Part shown: piece after piece, positions 14,229-27,971 of the stretch
How the letters are laid out: each line of letters begins with the position of its first letter
Position numbering within the stretch: position 1 is the first letter of the stretch
NCBI GenBank assembly: GCA_964016885.1
Contig: OZ024747.1
Location: forward strand, 53,754,001-53,818,000
Length of the DNA: 64,000 bases
Source of the DNA: Eledone cirrhosa
Taxonomy: Eukaryota
Reading direction: 5' to 3'
The notes under the pieces: model-generated
What the model was told of the DNA's origin: nothing
Database searches by the model: none
Seen by the model: the letters and a program-made list of their open reading frames with translations, nothing else
Program-made: the position numbers and the translations under genes

Positions 14229-14939
14229 GCAGACACACACACATATGTGTGCGTATATGTTTTGAGTTTTGAGTTTATGATTGTCTTTGTGGGTGTATGA
14301 TATTAAATTTTTTTTCCATTCCTAAACTATTTGATATTTATGAAAAAATTCTATTTCTATAAAATATTTCAGTGAAGTTTTTATTGATGATTTATATGCT
14401 CTATATTTCGACTTGCCTGATCTCCTGACATCTTCAGGTGTATATCATGTCACTTCTTCGGTGAATAATTGAACATATGAATCAATATATGAGAATATGT
14501 TCATTGTTAAAACACAGCTAAACTACAGTCAATTGCAAACCCTCATGTAGTTACACTATCAACAAAGATTTCTAATATATTGTGTCAGAGAAATATGATA
14601 AACAAAATGATTAGCATTTAAATCAAAGAGTAAAAGGTCATGACCCTCAAAAGTAAGTACACATATTAAATATTATACATATTAAGTCATTGCTCTTAAC
14701 TACTTTGCTATCACACTGCCTGAAACCACCCCTGGTTCTATTATACAAACTGTTTATTATAGTGTGTTTAGATGTATCTGTAGCCATCCATTATAAATTT
14801 ATGTACCTTTGTTGAGTAATGCTCCAAGCATCAGCTTAATAATGACAAAGTTTGATGTATTATTAAATCCCTCAAAATTATTTGAAAATCAAAAGCAGAG
14901 TCCTTCATTTGAAAGGGTTGATATTGGTGTTATAGAAAC

Positions 14940-15280
14940 TTCTTGGTCAGAGGTAAATGATTGGCCATCTTCTTTGACTACTCAGTAGAGCGGAGGGTCT
15001 ACAAATTTGTCAATAAATGGTGTGGAATCGGGGAGAGAGAACTCTTTCAGATAGCTTGAAATCTGCGTCTTGTTATGCTTTCAAGATGTTTTCAATAGAC
15101 TGAGAGTACCTTTTTCAGACATTTTGCAGATTAAGAATAAGATCTGCAAAATAAGATCTTCTCCAAACTGAAACTGTAATATAGTAATGAAATATAGTAT
15201 CCCCATTGCTATATATAGCAGTAAAGCTTTGACTATTAAGAAAGAAGGTGAAAATAGATTACTCTTTTGAGATTGGTACA
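14940..15280 (+). mobile_element. Old RTE LINE fragment
   Basis: Degenerate PIAIYSSKALTIKKEGENRL resembling the RTE P..LYG.E.WTIKK...RI.AFE motif. Confidence 0.5.
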
Positions 15281-15311
15281 ATCATCATTGTCATTATCAT
15301 CCCTGTCATAA

Positions 15312-16140
15312 GGGTAGTAGATTGGCAGTATCAATAGAGCACCAGATAACATGCTTCATGGCATCGAGTTACTGCCCCTTACGTTCTCCTTTCAAATCCC
15401 GCCTAGTTTAGCTTTGCTTTTCATCCTTACAGGGTCGATAAAACAAAGCACCAGTAAGTACTAGGGTTGATTTAATGAACTTTCCCTTCCCCTTCAATTT
15501 ACTGGACAATTATCATCACCATCATCATCATTATCCTCATTAACATCACCATCATCATTTAATGTTGACAGGATTTGAACAGGTTGTCAATGGTCCAAAT
15601 CAAGACGACTCAGCTAAATATGATTCTTTCCATAAAATTCCATATTTACAGAGTATACTAGAGATGTTGTCATGTATTCAACACGTCTGAAGACTTCCCT
15701 TTATTTGTGCAATAGTGCTTGTAAATATAGATCAGTTGATTATTTTTACAGCAATACTAAATATTGAGAGGGTAGTAGATTGGCAGAACATTTTTTAGCA
15801 GTATCTGTTCTACCACTTTACATTAACATTTTACCTTCGCTGGGTTTTAACTTTGCACAGTTTAACTTTGCCTTTAATTCCTCTAGAGTCAATAAAATAA
15901 AGTACCAGTAAAATATTGGGATCAATATAACCAATTTTCTCCTTCTCTTAAATTGCTGGCTATGTACTAATGATAGAAAGAATATTATATATTTAGAGGT
16001 GGCAAATTGAGAGAACTCTTAGAGTGGTGGAGAAAATATCTTACAGTATTTATTTAACCTCTTTGTATTCTGAATTCAAACCCTACCAAAGTTAGTGTTT
16101 TTTTTCATCATTTTGAGGACGATGAATATAGAACTAGACT
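15312..16140 (+). mobile_element. Diverged SINE family A copies (three)
   Basis: Cores at ~15312-15510, 15770-15985 and 15996-16140. Confidence 0.7.
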
Positions 16141-16169
16141 AGGGCAGTGAACTGGTGATATTGTTTCAT

Positions 16170-16370
16170 GGTCTTCTTCTTCACCCACTTAATCTTGAGA
16201 GGTTCATGGGGGTGCAGAGTCCTCAAACACTCCTTCTGATCTGGCTGGATCCCCAAGCTAGACAAGCCAACCTCATGGATGTTATCCAACCATCTTGCCT
16301 GGGATGTATCCCTGGGTATCCTGCCAGTATTTCAGTGATATCTATTGTATCAATCCCAGATGAATGACAG
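16170..16370 (-). mobile_element. RTE (Rex3/Expander-like) LINE 3' end
   Basis: CAAGATGGTTGGATAACATC motif shared with 48500-49010 and 54190-54500. Confidence 0.75.
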
Positions 16371-17080
16371 GGGAAGTTGATAACAATGGGTTCTGGACCC
16401 ACTGATATCAAGACATGAAAGAAATGCTTTAAAATCCAATACTCTAAAGACTCTGCCAATCTATAGAAGGTGAAGAATTAGAGGGAGAACAACAATGTGG
16501 ACAGAGAAGAAGCTGGAGGAGGAGGAGGTGGAAAATAAAAAGTTGATGAAGAAGATGGTAGAAAAAAGATAGGCTCAGAGAAAAAAAAAAAATGTTTAAT
16601 AATGAATAGCAGAAATGTAAGAGGAATAAAAATAAGAAAGAAGAAACTTTAGGAAATGTTTGCTTTCACTAAAAACCGTAATTTGTTTAAATTGCTTCTC
16701 CTAAGTAATTTTTTTAGCATTTCACTGAAAGGGGGTGACTGCAGCAGTATGTGAGGTGATAGGGAATAATAATGTCCATCATTGTATATCTGTGTGTGTG
16801 GATCTTTCTCTATATGTGTGTATGTGCAGTTCTGTTTTTCTATCTATACTTCTTTCTCTCTCTCTCAATACATATATATATCTAGAGAGAGAGAGAGATA
16901 GATAGATATATGTAAACATCATCGTTTTCCTTACTGGTATGCAAGTATATAAATATATATATATAGGAACGAGTAGGACCCTGACGGCTGAGCTCAAGCC
17001 GTTTCGACGGCTAATTCTGGACTAACCTTTCGATTGCAAGCCCAATGTGCCTCCATATATATATATATATATATATATAT

Positions 17081-17450
17081 GGAGGCACATTGGGCTTGCT
17101 ATCGAAAGGTTGTGAGTTCAATTCTCAGACCGGGTGATGTGTTGTTTCCTTGAGCAAGACACTTTATTTCACATTGCTCCAGTTTACTCAGCTGTAGAAA
17201 TGAGATGATGGGACTGTGGTTCCTATAATTCCACTGAAAAGTGGTCGTGGAAGTGCTACGGCAAAAAAGCACCCAGCCCAAACTGTAAAGTGGACGTGTA
17301 GGCACCACGGAAAAAAAAAAAAAGCACCCAGCTCTCATTGTAAATGAGGTTGGTGTTAGGAAAAGGCATCCAGCTGTAGAAATCAAGCCAGAATCAGTTC
17401 CCGTCCCACCTTTTCAAGCAGGGAAATACGGACGTAAAATGATGATGATG

Positions 17451-17452
<2 letters not shown>
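17081..17452 (+). mobile_element. CORE-type tRNA SINE family B with RTE tail
   Basis: GTTGTTTCCTTGAGCAAGACACTTTATTTCACATTGCTCCAGTTTACTCAGCTGTAGAAATG resembles the MIR/CORE domain; tail AAGCAGGGAAA..GGACGTAAAA(TGA)n. Confidence 0.88.
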
Positions 17453-17481
<29 letters not shown>

Positions 17482-18940
17482 GATCTTTATATTCATATGG
17501 ATGTATGATATGGGCCTGTTTTTTTCTACTATAGCCTATGGTTAACCAATAACTTTGGGAGTGAGATTTACTAGACAAAATCTGCAGAAGTACCTCATAT
17601 CTATATACAGCGAGATTTGTAAAATCCTGACTACAACCAAGAATCTCCCCATGCATTGAATACTCTCATGATTATTGGTCTCCCTATCTTCAGCAGCACA
17701 GACTTACTCTCTCTCTATATATTATCCGAAGATTGCGAAGTGTGGAGAGATGCCATGCTCAGAAGGATCCACCCAACTCATGCAAGCATGGTAAAGCAGA
17801 TGGAACAATTGACAGCGATGATGATATATATATATGTATGTGTGTATGTCTATGTGTGTGTGTGTCCGTGTGCATGTGTCTCTGTGTGTATGTACGTCTT
17901 TGTGACTTGTAACTTAGCAGCTAAATAAAGGGATTTGCGAAATTAATACCAGATCCGAATAAAAAAAGTTACTGGGGTTAACGTGATTGATTAAATCAAG
18001 ATGTTGCTCCATTATGGCCAGAGTTAAATGAGTGAAACTATTAAAAGAATAAAAGTAAAAATTCTATCTGTGTATGTATATATGTGTGTGAATGTAGAGG
18101 TGGTTCTGTGTGGAGGTGTGTGTGTCAATACAGGGGTGTGTGGATGAAGAATTTCAGTATTCTTTGAGAGGACACAGAATAAAACAAAAATTAATCTTCA
18201 ACTGACTCTAAGTGAATGAATGTTAGTGTTGGTGGTGTTGGTGGTGGTAGTGGTAGGGACGGTGGTAGTAGCGGTGGTGGTGGTGGTTGTTGTTGTTGTT
18301 GTGGTTATAGAGGATGTAATGGGTGGTGGCTGAGGGTGCAGCGGTGGGGATATGTGTGTTGCTAATGGTAGTTGTGGTGCTTGTGGACATGACCACGGAG
18401 CTGAGGCGTCGACAGTGGTGGCGGCAGTGGCAGCGATGGTAATGGTAGTGTTGGTGGTGGCGGTGGAGGTGGTGGGGGTAGTGATGGTGGAGGAGATGGA
18501 AGTGTACAGTCAGCTTTTCTAAGTAATCACAAGAGAATTTTCTTTCTTGACAAGAAAATCACATTTAATCAAAAGCTGAAAGATTATCTTTGAAGAAAAT
18601 GTAACTTTTCTGACCTTTTACTGTATTGAATAGTAATTTTTATTAGACAAATCATGATGGTGATGGTTAACTTAGTGAGGGAGACAAGTGGAAGGGAGGG
18701 GGGTGGGGGTAAAATAGGAGAAAGTGAGAAAGAGAGAGAGAGTTCAATTTAAGTTTTTATCCATGTGTCCGCATTTGTGAGTACATGCATACATATATAA
18801 ATATATATATATACACAAATATATATATATATATATGTCTGTGTGTGTGTGTGTGTGTATGTATTTATGTACATATATTACATATATATTTACTTGCAGC
18901 ATATATATATTATATATATATATATGTGTGTGTATGTGAA

Positions 18941-19270
18941 GGTGCATGGCTTACCAGTTAGAGCATTCGGTTTGCAATCAAAATGTTGTGAGTTCGATTC
19001 TCGGACCGGGTGATACGTTGTCTCCTTGAGCAAAACATTTTATTTCACGTTTCTCCAGTTTACTTAGTTGTAGAAATGTGTTGTGACGTCACTGGTGCCA
19101 AGCTGTATCGACCATAGTCTTTCCCCTGTACATCATTGGTGACATAGAGAGGGGAGGCTGGTATGCATGGGTGACTGCTGGTCTTCTACAAACAACCAGA
19201 TTGTGCCTCGGAGGGACACTTTCTAGGTGAAAATCCCGTGGTCATTCATGACCGAAGGGAGTCTCCTCTC
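18941..19270 (+). mobile_element. CORE-type SINE with an alternative 3' module
   Basis: Same tRNA head and CORE as family B, then unrelated TGACGTCACTGGTGCCAAGCTG...CATGACCGAAGGG tail. Confidence 0.75.
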
Positions 19271-19655
19271 ATTTATATATATATATATGTATGTATATAT
19301 GTATGTATATAGTCAGGCTGGACACCCGATTGCGGGGTTAAACAACTGGGAGTGAAGGACCTCTAACCTTTGTCAGGGCATCTTCTAGGAGAAGGCAACT
19401 CAGGAAACTGGGATGACTCCAATATAAAACCTGCGGCTCAGTAGTTACAGATGATGTTGATCTTTTCTTCTTTTCGGGTTATAGCTACTGTCGCTCAGAG
19501 AGTGGGATTGGCTCAGTGCACAGTATTTCTTCACTTTAAAAAATATTTTCACACACAGGCATTGCACAATAGAATTAATTAATAATTATTAATAACTGTA
19601 TATCGTGCAATGGCCATACTCGATAACGAGGGGGCAGCCATCATGTATATATATA

Positions 19656-19970
19656 TCATCATCATCATTTTACATCCGCTTTTCCCTGCTTGCAAGGGTG
19701 GGACGGGAACTGATTCTGGCAGGATTTCTACAGCTGGATGCCCTTCCTAACACCAACCTCATTTACAGTGAGTGCTGGGTGCTTTTTTTCCATGGCACCT
19801 ACACGACCACTTTGCAGTGGAATGATAGGGACTCCAGCTGAGTAAACTGGAGCAATGTGAAATAAAGTGTCTTGCTCAAGGAAACAACACATCACCCGGT
19901 CTGAGAATTGAACTCACAACCTTTCGATTGCAAGGCCAATGCTCTAACCACTAAGCCATGTGCCTCCATA
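19656..19970 (-). mobile_element. CORE-type SINE family B
   Basis: Reverse complement of the 20880-21253 copy, with one internal repeat unit instead of two. Confidence 0.9.
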
Positions 19971-20633
19971 TATATATAATTATTGACAGACAAACTATAT
20001 ACTGAGATACTTAGTCATATACATATAAACACACTTATGTACACATTCACATACACACATATATATGTGTGTGTTTTTTACTATTAAATATCTCATGTAA
20101 GGTTATACACAAAACATATACATCATTGTGTTGCATTTTCATTTTCACAGCTGCTTTTCCATGCTGGTATAATGGATGCCTGAAACTGTTTTGATGCACT
20201 ATATATTTAAATCTATATATATATATAGTGCTTTACTTTTATATATTTATATATAAAAATATATAGATATATATATATATATAAATGAAAACAAGAGAAG
20301 GCTGGACTTGAAAATTTACTTTAGAATTTAAATCCTGTAGGAGCACTATACATTTTTTGATTGCTGAGCCCTGTCATCCGATTATGCTGTAAAAGCAAGA
20401 CGATTTCATCAGGTGTTACTTGCAGAATTATATTATAGGATTATGTTGAACACAAACAGAGAATAGAAGATAGAAGATACAGAGAAATTAAAAATAGACA
20501 ATAGAAAACTGATTCTCATAATTTGGTGTTATATCGATAGCAGATGATCCAATATATATATGTCAACAGTAGATCAACTTTCAACAAATCGGACCATGGA
20601 AACAATGTTTCCGTTGGTCTTTCCAATTGCTAA

Positions 20634-20672
<39 letters not shown>

Positions 20673-20879
20673 TGCACATATATACATACTTCGAGGCGTA
20701 CATGTACACATACATAATGATATACATATATACATACATATATAACATATAGATGCACATATAATCATTCATCGAGATGCACATGTATACATACATAAAG
20801 ATATACATGTATATACAAACATATTTGAATTTAAAACCAAAGAATTCAACAAAGATAACCAAAACCCCAAATAAGTGAA

Positions 20880-21253
20880 ATGGCTTAGTGGTTAGAGCAT
20901 TGGCCTTGCAATCGAAAGGTTGTGAGTTCAATTTTCAGACCAGGTGATGTGTTGTTTCCTTGAGCAAGACACTTTATTTCACATTGCTCCAATTTACTCA
21001 GCTGTAGAAATGATAGGGACTGGGGTCCCTATCATTCCACTGCAAAGTGGTCGTGGAGGTGCCACGGCAAAAAAGCACACAGCCCACACTGTAAAGTGGA
21101 CGTGTAGGCGCCACAAAAAAAAAAGCACCCAGCACTCACTGTAAATGAGGTTGGTGTTAGGAAGGGCATCCAGCTGTAGAAATCAAGCCAGAATCAGTTC
21201 CCGTCCCACCCTTGCAAGCAGGGAAAAGCAGATGTAAAATGATGATGATGATG
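20880..21253 (+). mobile_element. CORE-type SINE family B
   Basis: A-box TGGCTTAGTGG, B-box GAGTTCAATT, CORE domain, RTE-like tail with (TGA)n. Confidence 0.9.
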
Positions 21254-21299
21254 AAAAGTCCATTTAGGCACAAGGTCAACAAATTAGTTGGGTGGAGAG

Positions 21300-21510
21300 G
21301 AAATCGATTGAATTTCCTGAAGGAATCAGAGTCCTATCTTCTCTGCTACTCATCAACATTTGTTTTGGATAAATTTACTTTCAGCCCTTTTGATTCCAAA
21401 TTCTCTTTCTGTAGTTGGAACTTATTTTCTATTTGTTTAATGGACTCAGCTAAAAGGACCAGATCATCTACATAGAGAAGTTCCCATGGGCAGCTGGTGT
21501 TAGACTCCAC
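21300..21510 (-). mobile_element. RTE RT fragment (catalytic region)
   Basis: CPWELLYVDDLVLLAES...LESKGLKVNLSKT (YADD-like motif). Confidence 0.85.
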
Positions 21511-21522
21511 TGTTAAAGTGGT

Positions 21523-21557
<35 letters not shown>

Positions 21558-22201
21558 GAATACAATGTTATATCACTTTAGGCGGAATTTTTGTATTTGT
21601 TGCCATTTGATTATTTTTTTTGCCTTATTGTATTTGAGTTAATAGATAAATATTGTCATTAAGTTATAATAGTAATTGAAATAAACAGGAATAGACTAGT
21701 AGACTGAGGCTGAGCTGAACAAAGAGAGACACAGATTTAAATGTGAGGTTTATCTCGGAAGGGAAGAGGAAAAATAGAAAATTAATTGAAATATATATAT
21801 ATATATATATATAAATAATAATAATTATGATACTACTAATAATAATGATAATAATAACAAAAAAAATGATTTTTGTTATTGGATACAAGGACACAAGAAT
21901 TAAGGACAATATATGACTAAAAATAGCCTAAAACAATACAAAACTGAGGTTTATAGTATGTATAGGAAGAAAAGTAATAGTGATGATAAAGACAGCGATG
22001 ACATGGATGATGATGATGGTGGTGATGATGGTGATGTACAAGATATAATATAAGAAAATGAAATAGGAAGAATTAGAGAGAAAAAGAGAAAGAAGGAAAG
22101 AATGTTTGAGGGAAAGAGAAATAGTGAAATGAAAGATTAAAAAAAAATAAATCTATATAATTGTGTGTAAGATTGGACAGAAAAGGAAAAACAGTATTAG
22201 C

Positions 22202-22232
<31 letters not shown>

Positions 22233-22831
22233 CAAAAACAGAAAAGTATAGAAAAAGGAAGTAACCCACAACCCGGCACATCACCTTCATCCAGCAAAAA
22301 GCCCCATAAAACTAAAACCAAGCCAGAATGAAATAAAATGAAATAGAATGAAATAATGTAATAAAAGAATAATAAAACAAACAAATAACTCGAGATAGAT
22401 ATAAAAAATAAAAATGAATAAAGTATAAATAAAATGAAGATTGAACAAAAAATAAAAATAAAATTGAGATAATTTTCTGCCCACCTTAACTGTAGCACAT
22501 GCTTTAAGCAGTTGGTGTCCTCAAAATCTCATTATTATATAGAAAATACCTCAAAACTAATACGAATGCTAGCTAAAATGTTTTATTGCAGTATTTTTCT
22601 AATTCTTTAACAAGATTGCAAATTAACGGACGACAAAGACAAAGACAAAAACTCAAACAAATAATAAACAAACATAAAATAGAATAAAAATAATAAAATA
22701 AATAAAGGAAGTAAGGAAGGAAAGAAGGAAGGTTGGAGGGAATGAGTCCAAATCTTGTTCCATGGAACAAAATAAATAGCAAAAACAAACAAACAAAACA
22801 AATATATATATATATATAATTAAGCGAGGGA

Positions 22832-22869
<38 letters not shown>

Positions 22870-23336
22870 GAAGAAAATAAAAACTAGAAATAATTTTCAA
22901 AACCTGATGTGCACTACAAATGGTAGTGTGCAAATAGAAGTGTCTGCATATGTATCTATGTATTTGTGCATGTGTCTCTATGTATACGTGCATGCATCTT
23001 TATATGTATGTGTGCATATATGTATATCTGTATATATATGTATATATAAATGTGTGTATGTACACATACATGCATGCACTGATACAAAAGTTGTGTAAAG
23101 TTTTAAATCAATTATTAAGATTGACAGAAGAGAAGTCATCTGATTCAAAAACTACATAAGTAAAACTGCAACAGCAAGTTTTAACTACAATCACAAACAA
23201 AGAATATAATTAATTAACTTCAAAATTTGCCATTAATTTCTACTTCATTTTCTTTGACTATTTGCTATTATTCTGGGAGTCCAACATGAAGAAAATGGTT
23301 CTGATTTGAAAAAGTAGATTCAACGGAAAAAAAAAA

Positions 23337-23443
<107 letters not shown>

Positions 23444-24320
23444 GAGAAAACCACCAGTAAAAAGAAATATTATAAAATGTTTCTTTGGCCAATATTACTT
23501 GGAAGATAAGTACATGGCATTGGTAAAATGATTATAGCAGCCAACACAAAGTGTACTGCTGTATTTGTTCCATATCTTTACATTCTGAGTTCATATCTTG
23601 CCAAAGCTAACTTTATGTTACATCCTTCCAAGAAAGACGTAAGACACTTTATTTCATGCTGCTCTTTCTGCCAGGAGTTGTGACCAGTAGATAGTATTGG
23701 TTTGATTTGACGGGGTTCACCCCACTTAGCGAGTAAATGAGGTCTGGTATCTTGTCGGTTGATCAGAGAGAGAGAGAAAGAAAGATCAAAATAAAGTACT
23801 TATCCATTGTGGGAGATTATTAGAACTATTAGAGTGTCAGATAAAATGCCTTGTGGTATTTATACTGATTATTGATATCCTGAGTTCAATTTCAGTTATT
23901 TCTAATCAACCCTCCCATGGCTTATAAATTAATGAACTAGTCTAGGTTGTACATTGGATTGGAAGAATTTTTATAGTATGGAACACAGTATTCACAGCAG
24001 TATTTGTATAAAATCTTTACATTCTGTGTTCAAATCCCATTAACAGCCCTGGCTTATCACCCAACCATGGAATTCCAACTAAACATGAAATCTGCAATAG
24101 CTGGAGGAAGATTGTAGCTATCTGCTACTGTAGTTATTTGATGATGATGATGAGTTTTATAATATAAAACAGTAGTACACCCAAAAGTTCCCTGCTAAAG
24201 CTGGAATTAGAATTATGGGCCCCATGTGGCTTCATACTCAACATGGGTTCATTTTCGGTGCAAGGTTTTTAGTCAAACTTTACACCATACTGGGAGATGG
24301 TGTATGTCTTCTAATCTTAA

Positions 24321-24504
24321 CCCTTTAACAATTACATTACGCTATATTAACTATTGTATTTTCATGGTAAACACATTATTTCATATAACATCGAATCTAC
24401 AAGATTTTGATATTGTTTATTTGAAGAACAGCCAGTTATGGCCGGTTTGAACAGAAAGAAGTGAGAAATATCTGGCCAGATACAACCAGTTTAAATGCTA
24501 AAGT
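24321..24504 (+). mobile_element. TTAA-flanked piggyBac-like MITE
   Basis: TTAA|CCCTTTAACAATTA ... TAAATGCTAAAGT|TTAA; homologous to 40072-40298 and ~45930-46083. Confidence 0.7.
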
Positions 24505-24526
24505 TTAAATACACAGCATTATATTT

Positions 24527-26065
24527 TGGCAGTATTGGTAGAGGGTCAGACGCCATGTTTTCCAGCATAGTTACGTCCCTTTATGGTCTGAGTTCAAATC
24601 CCGTCGAGGTTAACTTTGCCTTTCATCCTTACGGGGTCGATAAAATAAAGTACCAGTAATGCGTGGAGCTGACCTTGTGCCGAAAAGTAGAAACATTATA
24701 TTATCAAATGGGCGGTGGATTGGCAGTATCGGTGGAGGGTCGGACGCCATGCTTTCCAGCATAGTTACGTCCCTTTACGATCTGAGTTCAAATCCCGCCG
24801 AGGTTGACTTTGCCTTTCATCCTTATGGGGTCGATAAAATAAAGTACCAGTAATGCACTGGGTAATTGCTGGCCTTGTGCCTAAAGTAGAAACAATTATA
24901 TTATCAAATGGCTGTAGTAATATACTATAAAATTGTAGTCATCCACCCTCTCCTCCTCACTGTTTAATGTTTCTTTTCCCTGTTAGTAATATTTTAATAT
25001 AAAAAAGAATCAATCATCAGTTATAAAACCTGGCAGAGTTGAGATTTGAACTCAGAGTTTATAGGTCTGGATCAGATACTGCAAAGTATCCCACCCAGCT
25101 CCTTAACAATTCTGCTAGTCCACTTTTAAACTGGTACTCCAAAAGAATGGTTTCTGATTTAGGCACAAGGCTAATAAATTTTGGGGGAGGGTAAAGTCAA
25201 TTAAATCGACCCAAGTGCATTAGTGGTGCTTTATTTCTCAGCCCCACAAGGATGAAAGGTAAAGCTAACTTTGGCAGGATTTGAACTCAGAACATAAAGC
25301 ACCGTAATTCTGTCATGAAGCATGTGGTCCGATACTGTATCAATACGGCTAATCCACCACCATCATTATAATTATGGTTTCTACTATAGGCACAAGGCCA
25401 CCAATTTTTGGGGAGGGAAAAGTCAATTAATTTGGCCCCCAGTGCATTACTGGTGCTTTATTTTATCGACCCCGTATGGATGAAAGGCAAAGATAACCTC
25501 GGGGGGAGTTGAACTCAAATCATAAAGGGCCATAACTTTAAGCTGCAAAGCATGGGACCCAACCCTCTACCAATACTGCCAATCCACCGCCCTAATAATA
25601 GTAATAATTGTTTCTACTTTTGACACAAGGGCAGCAATTATCCCAGTATATTACTGGTACTTTATTTTATCGACCCCGTAAGAATGAAAGGCACAGCTAA
25701 CCTCGGCCATAACTATGCTGCAAAGCATGGGGTCCAACCCTCTACCGATACTGCCAATCCATACTGCAATAGTAATAATAACGATTTCTACTATAGGCAC
25801 GAGGCCAGCAATTTTGGGGGAGGAGAAAGTCAATTTAATTCACCCCAGTGCATTACTGGTACTTTATTTCATAGTCCTTGTAAGAATGAAAGGCAAAGTT
25901 AACTTTGGTAGGATTTGAACGCAGAACATAAAGGGCCGTAACTATACGCCACAAAGCATATTGACCCTAAAATAACGAAAAGCAAAGTTGACATCAGTGG
26001 GATTTGAACATAGAATGCAAGGAACCTAAACAAATACCAAGCAATAAAACTAATGCTCCAACAAC
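24527..26065. mobile_element. SINE family A cluster (2 plus-strand, ~6 minus-strand copies)
   Basis: Repeated family core in both orientations. Confidence 0.9.
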
Positions 26066-27006
26066 TTTACCCAAATGACACCTTATATATTAAACTTGCA
26101 GATCTCAGACTTCATTTGCTTAATGAGTGGGGTGGAGCTCATCAAATCGGACCAAGGAAACAATGTTTTCATTGGTCTTTCCAATTGCTAATACTATATG
26201 TTGGCCGCAACTCCAAACAGAAGGAGCAACGTGAAATAAAGTGTCTTGCTCAAGGACATAAAGCATCACCAGGTCTGGGAATCAAAATCACAACTTCACA
26301 ATTGAGAATCCAATTCTCTAAACACTCAGCCACGCGCCTTCACCTAGCAGTAGTATAACAATAAAACATTGCAGTAGTATTATAATATGGAGAGAAATTC
26401 ATCTCTGAGGAATTTATTGATATTTATTTAAGTTTTTCATACTATAAATTATATCGAATATTTTGGTTTTAAAGACTAATTTTCTAATTTCTTTCATTTC
26501 ACCTCCCTATACACACTGAAACAGTTAATTAAATCGCTAATAATTATTGAATTTAGATTAAAGTTCCAAACACCTCGAAATCTTGGCTTAATATCTACAA
26601 CTAATTATCATGTAAAATGATTAAATAATTGAATATATCTCTATGTGTATTGAAAGATTTAAATCAAACTCAAATGAATTGTATAGCAGTTGGTTTTTAA
26701 AATAGTGTGAACTTATTTTATCCATGTGGGAGACTAGTAATTAGCAAGTCCATTGTTATGTAGTAAAGTGTTGGACTAAGTCATTTTGACTTGTTATTCA
26801 TTTACTGGTTTCATGGAGATGACTACTGCCATACTGGGGCAGTGCCTGAGACGAATTTTGTCGATCAAATGTGCCTCAGTAATTATTTTATTGATTTCTA
26901 ATTGTCAATTAGCTAAATTATGAGATATAAACAAACAGTATATATGAATATATATATATAAACATACATAGTATATATATATATAAAGAGAGACAAACAG
27001 TATTTA

Positions 27007-27042
<36 letters not shown>

Positions 27043-27048
<6 letters not shown>

Positions 27049-27202
27049 CAAATGGAAACTATATTTATAAAACCACTTGGTTTTATAAATATAGTTTCCA
27101 TTTGTTAATATATCGTATTTTTACTCCAATAATTTGTTGAGTGCTTTATATCAGTTATAAAAATATTTGCTTATTGTATCCCAACAATTTAAATAGAACT
27201 TC

Positions 27203-27206
<4 letters not shown>
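27043..27206 (+). mobile_element. Fold-back fragment of the 4398-4670 hammerhead element family in (TA)n
   Basis: Hairpin ATTAACAAATGGAAACTATATTTATAAAACCA/TGGTTTTATAAATATAGTTTCCATTTGTTAAT; downstream sequence homologous to the reverse complement of 4400-4535. Confidence 0.75.
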
Positions 27207-27266
<60 letters not shown>

Positions 27267-27304
27267 TATATACTGTTTCTCTCTCTTTATATATATATAT
27301 ACTA

Positions 27305-27489
27305 GGGCGGTGGATTGGCAGTATCGGTGGAGGGTCGGACGCCATGCTTTCCAGCATAGTTACGTCCCTTTACGATCTGAGTTCAAATCCCGCCGAGGTT
27401 GACTTTGCCTTTCATCCTTACGGGGTCGATAAAATAAAGTACCAGTAATGTACTGGGTAATTGCTGGCCTTGTGCCTAAAGTAGAAACA
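27305..27489 (+). mobile_element. Young full-length SINE family A with 19-bp TSD
   Basis: TTTATATATATATATACTA at 27286-27304 and 27490-27508 flanks a near-consensus copy. Confidence 0.93.
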
Positions 27490-27564
27490 TTTATATATAT
27501 ATATACTATGTATGTTTATATCTCATAATTTAGCTAATTGACAATTAGAAATCAATAAAATAAT

Positions 27565-27660
<96 letters not shown>

Positions 27661-27724
27661 ATACTTATGCTAGCATGGAAGATGTACGTTAAATGATGAT
27701 GATGATGATGAGGATACATAGTAT

Positions 27725-27756
<32 letters not shown>

Positions 27757-27761
<5 letters not shown>

Positions 27762-27937
27762 AACGAGTAGGACCCCGACGGCTGAGCTCAAGCCATTTCG
27801 ATGGCTAATTAGCCGTCGAAACGGCTTGAGCTCAGCCGTCGGGGTCCTACTCGTTCCTATTACCCACTCTACTACCCTAAGTATTGAGTACTTTGGTGCA
27901 TTATGGTCCACCTGGTTCCTTACCACATTTCCTTCGT

Positions 27938-27938
<1 letters not shown>
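27757..27938 (+). mobile_element. Fold-back hammerhead-half element (family H1)
   Basis: 52-bp arm palindrome 27757-27860 containing GAAA-CGGCT-tgagctc-AGCCG-TC-GGGG at 27818-27844; flanked by (TA)n. Confidence 0.82.

Positions 27939-27971
<33 letters not shown>

Noticed and set aside
24527-27489. tRNA genes suggested by A-box and B-box motifs
   Set aside because: The boxes belong to SINE heads; no complete cloverleaf, and each continues into the SINE body.
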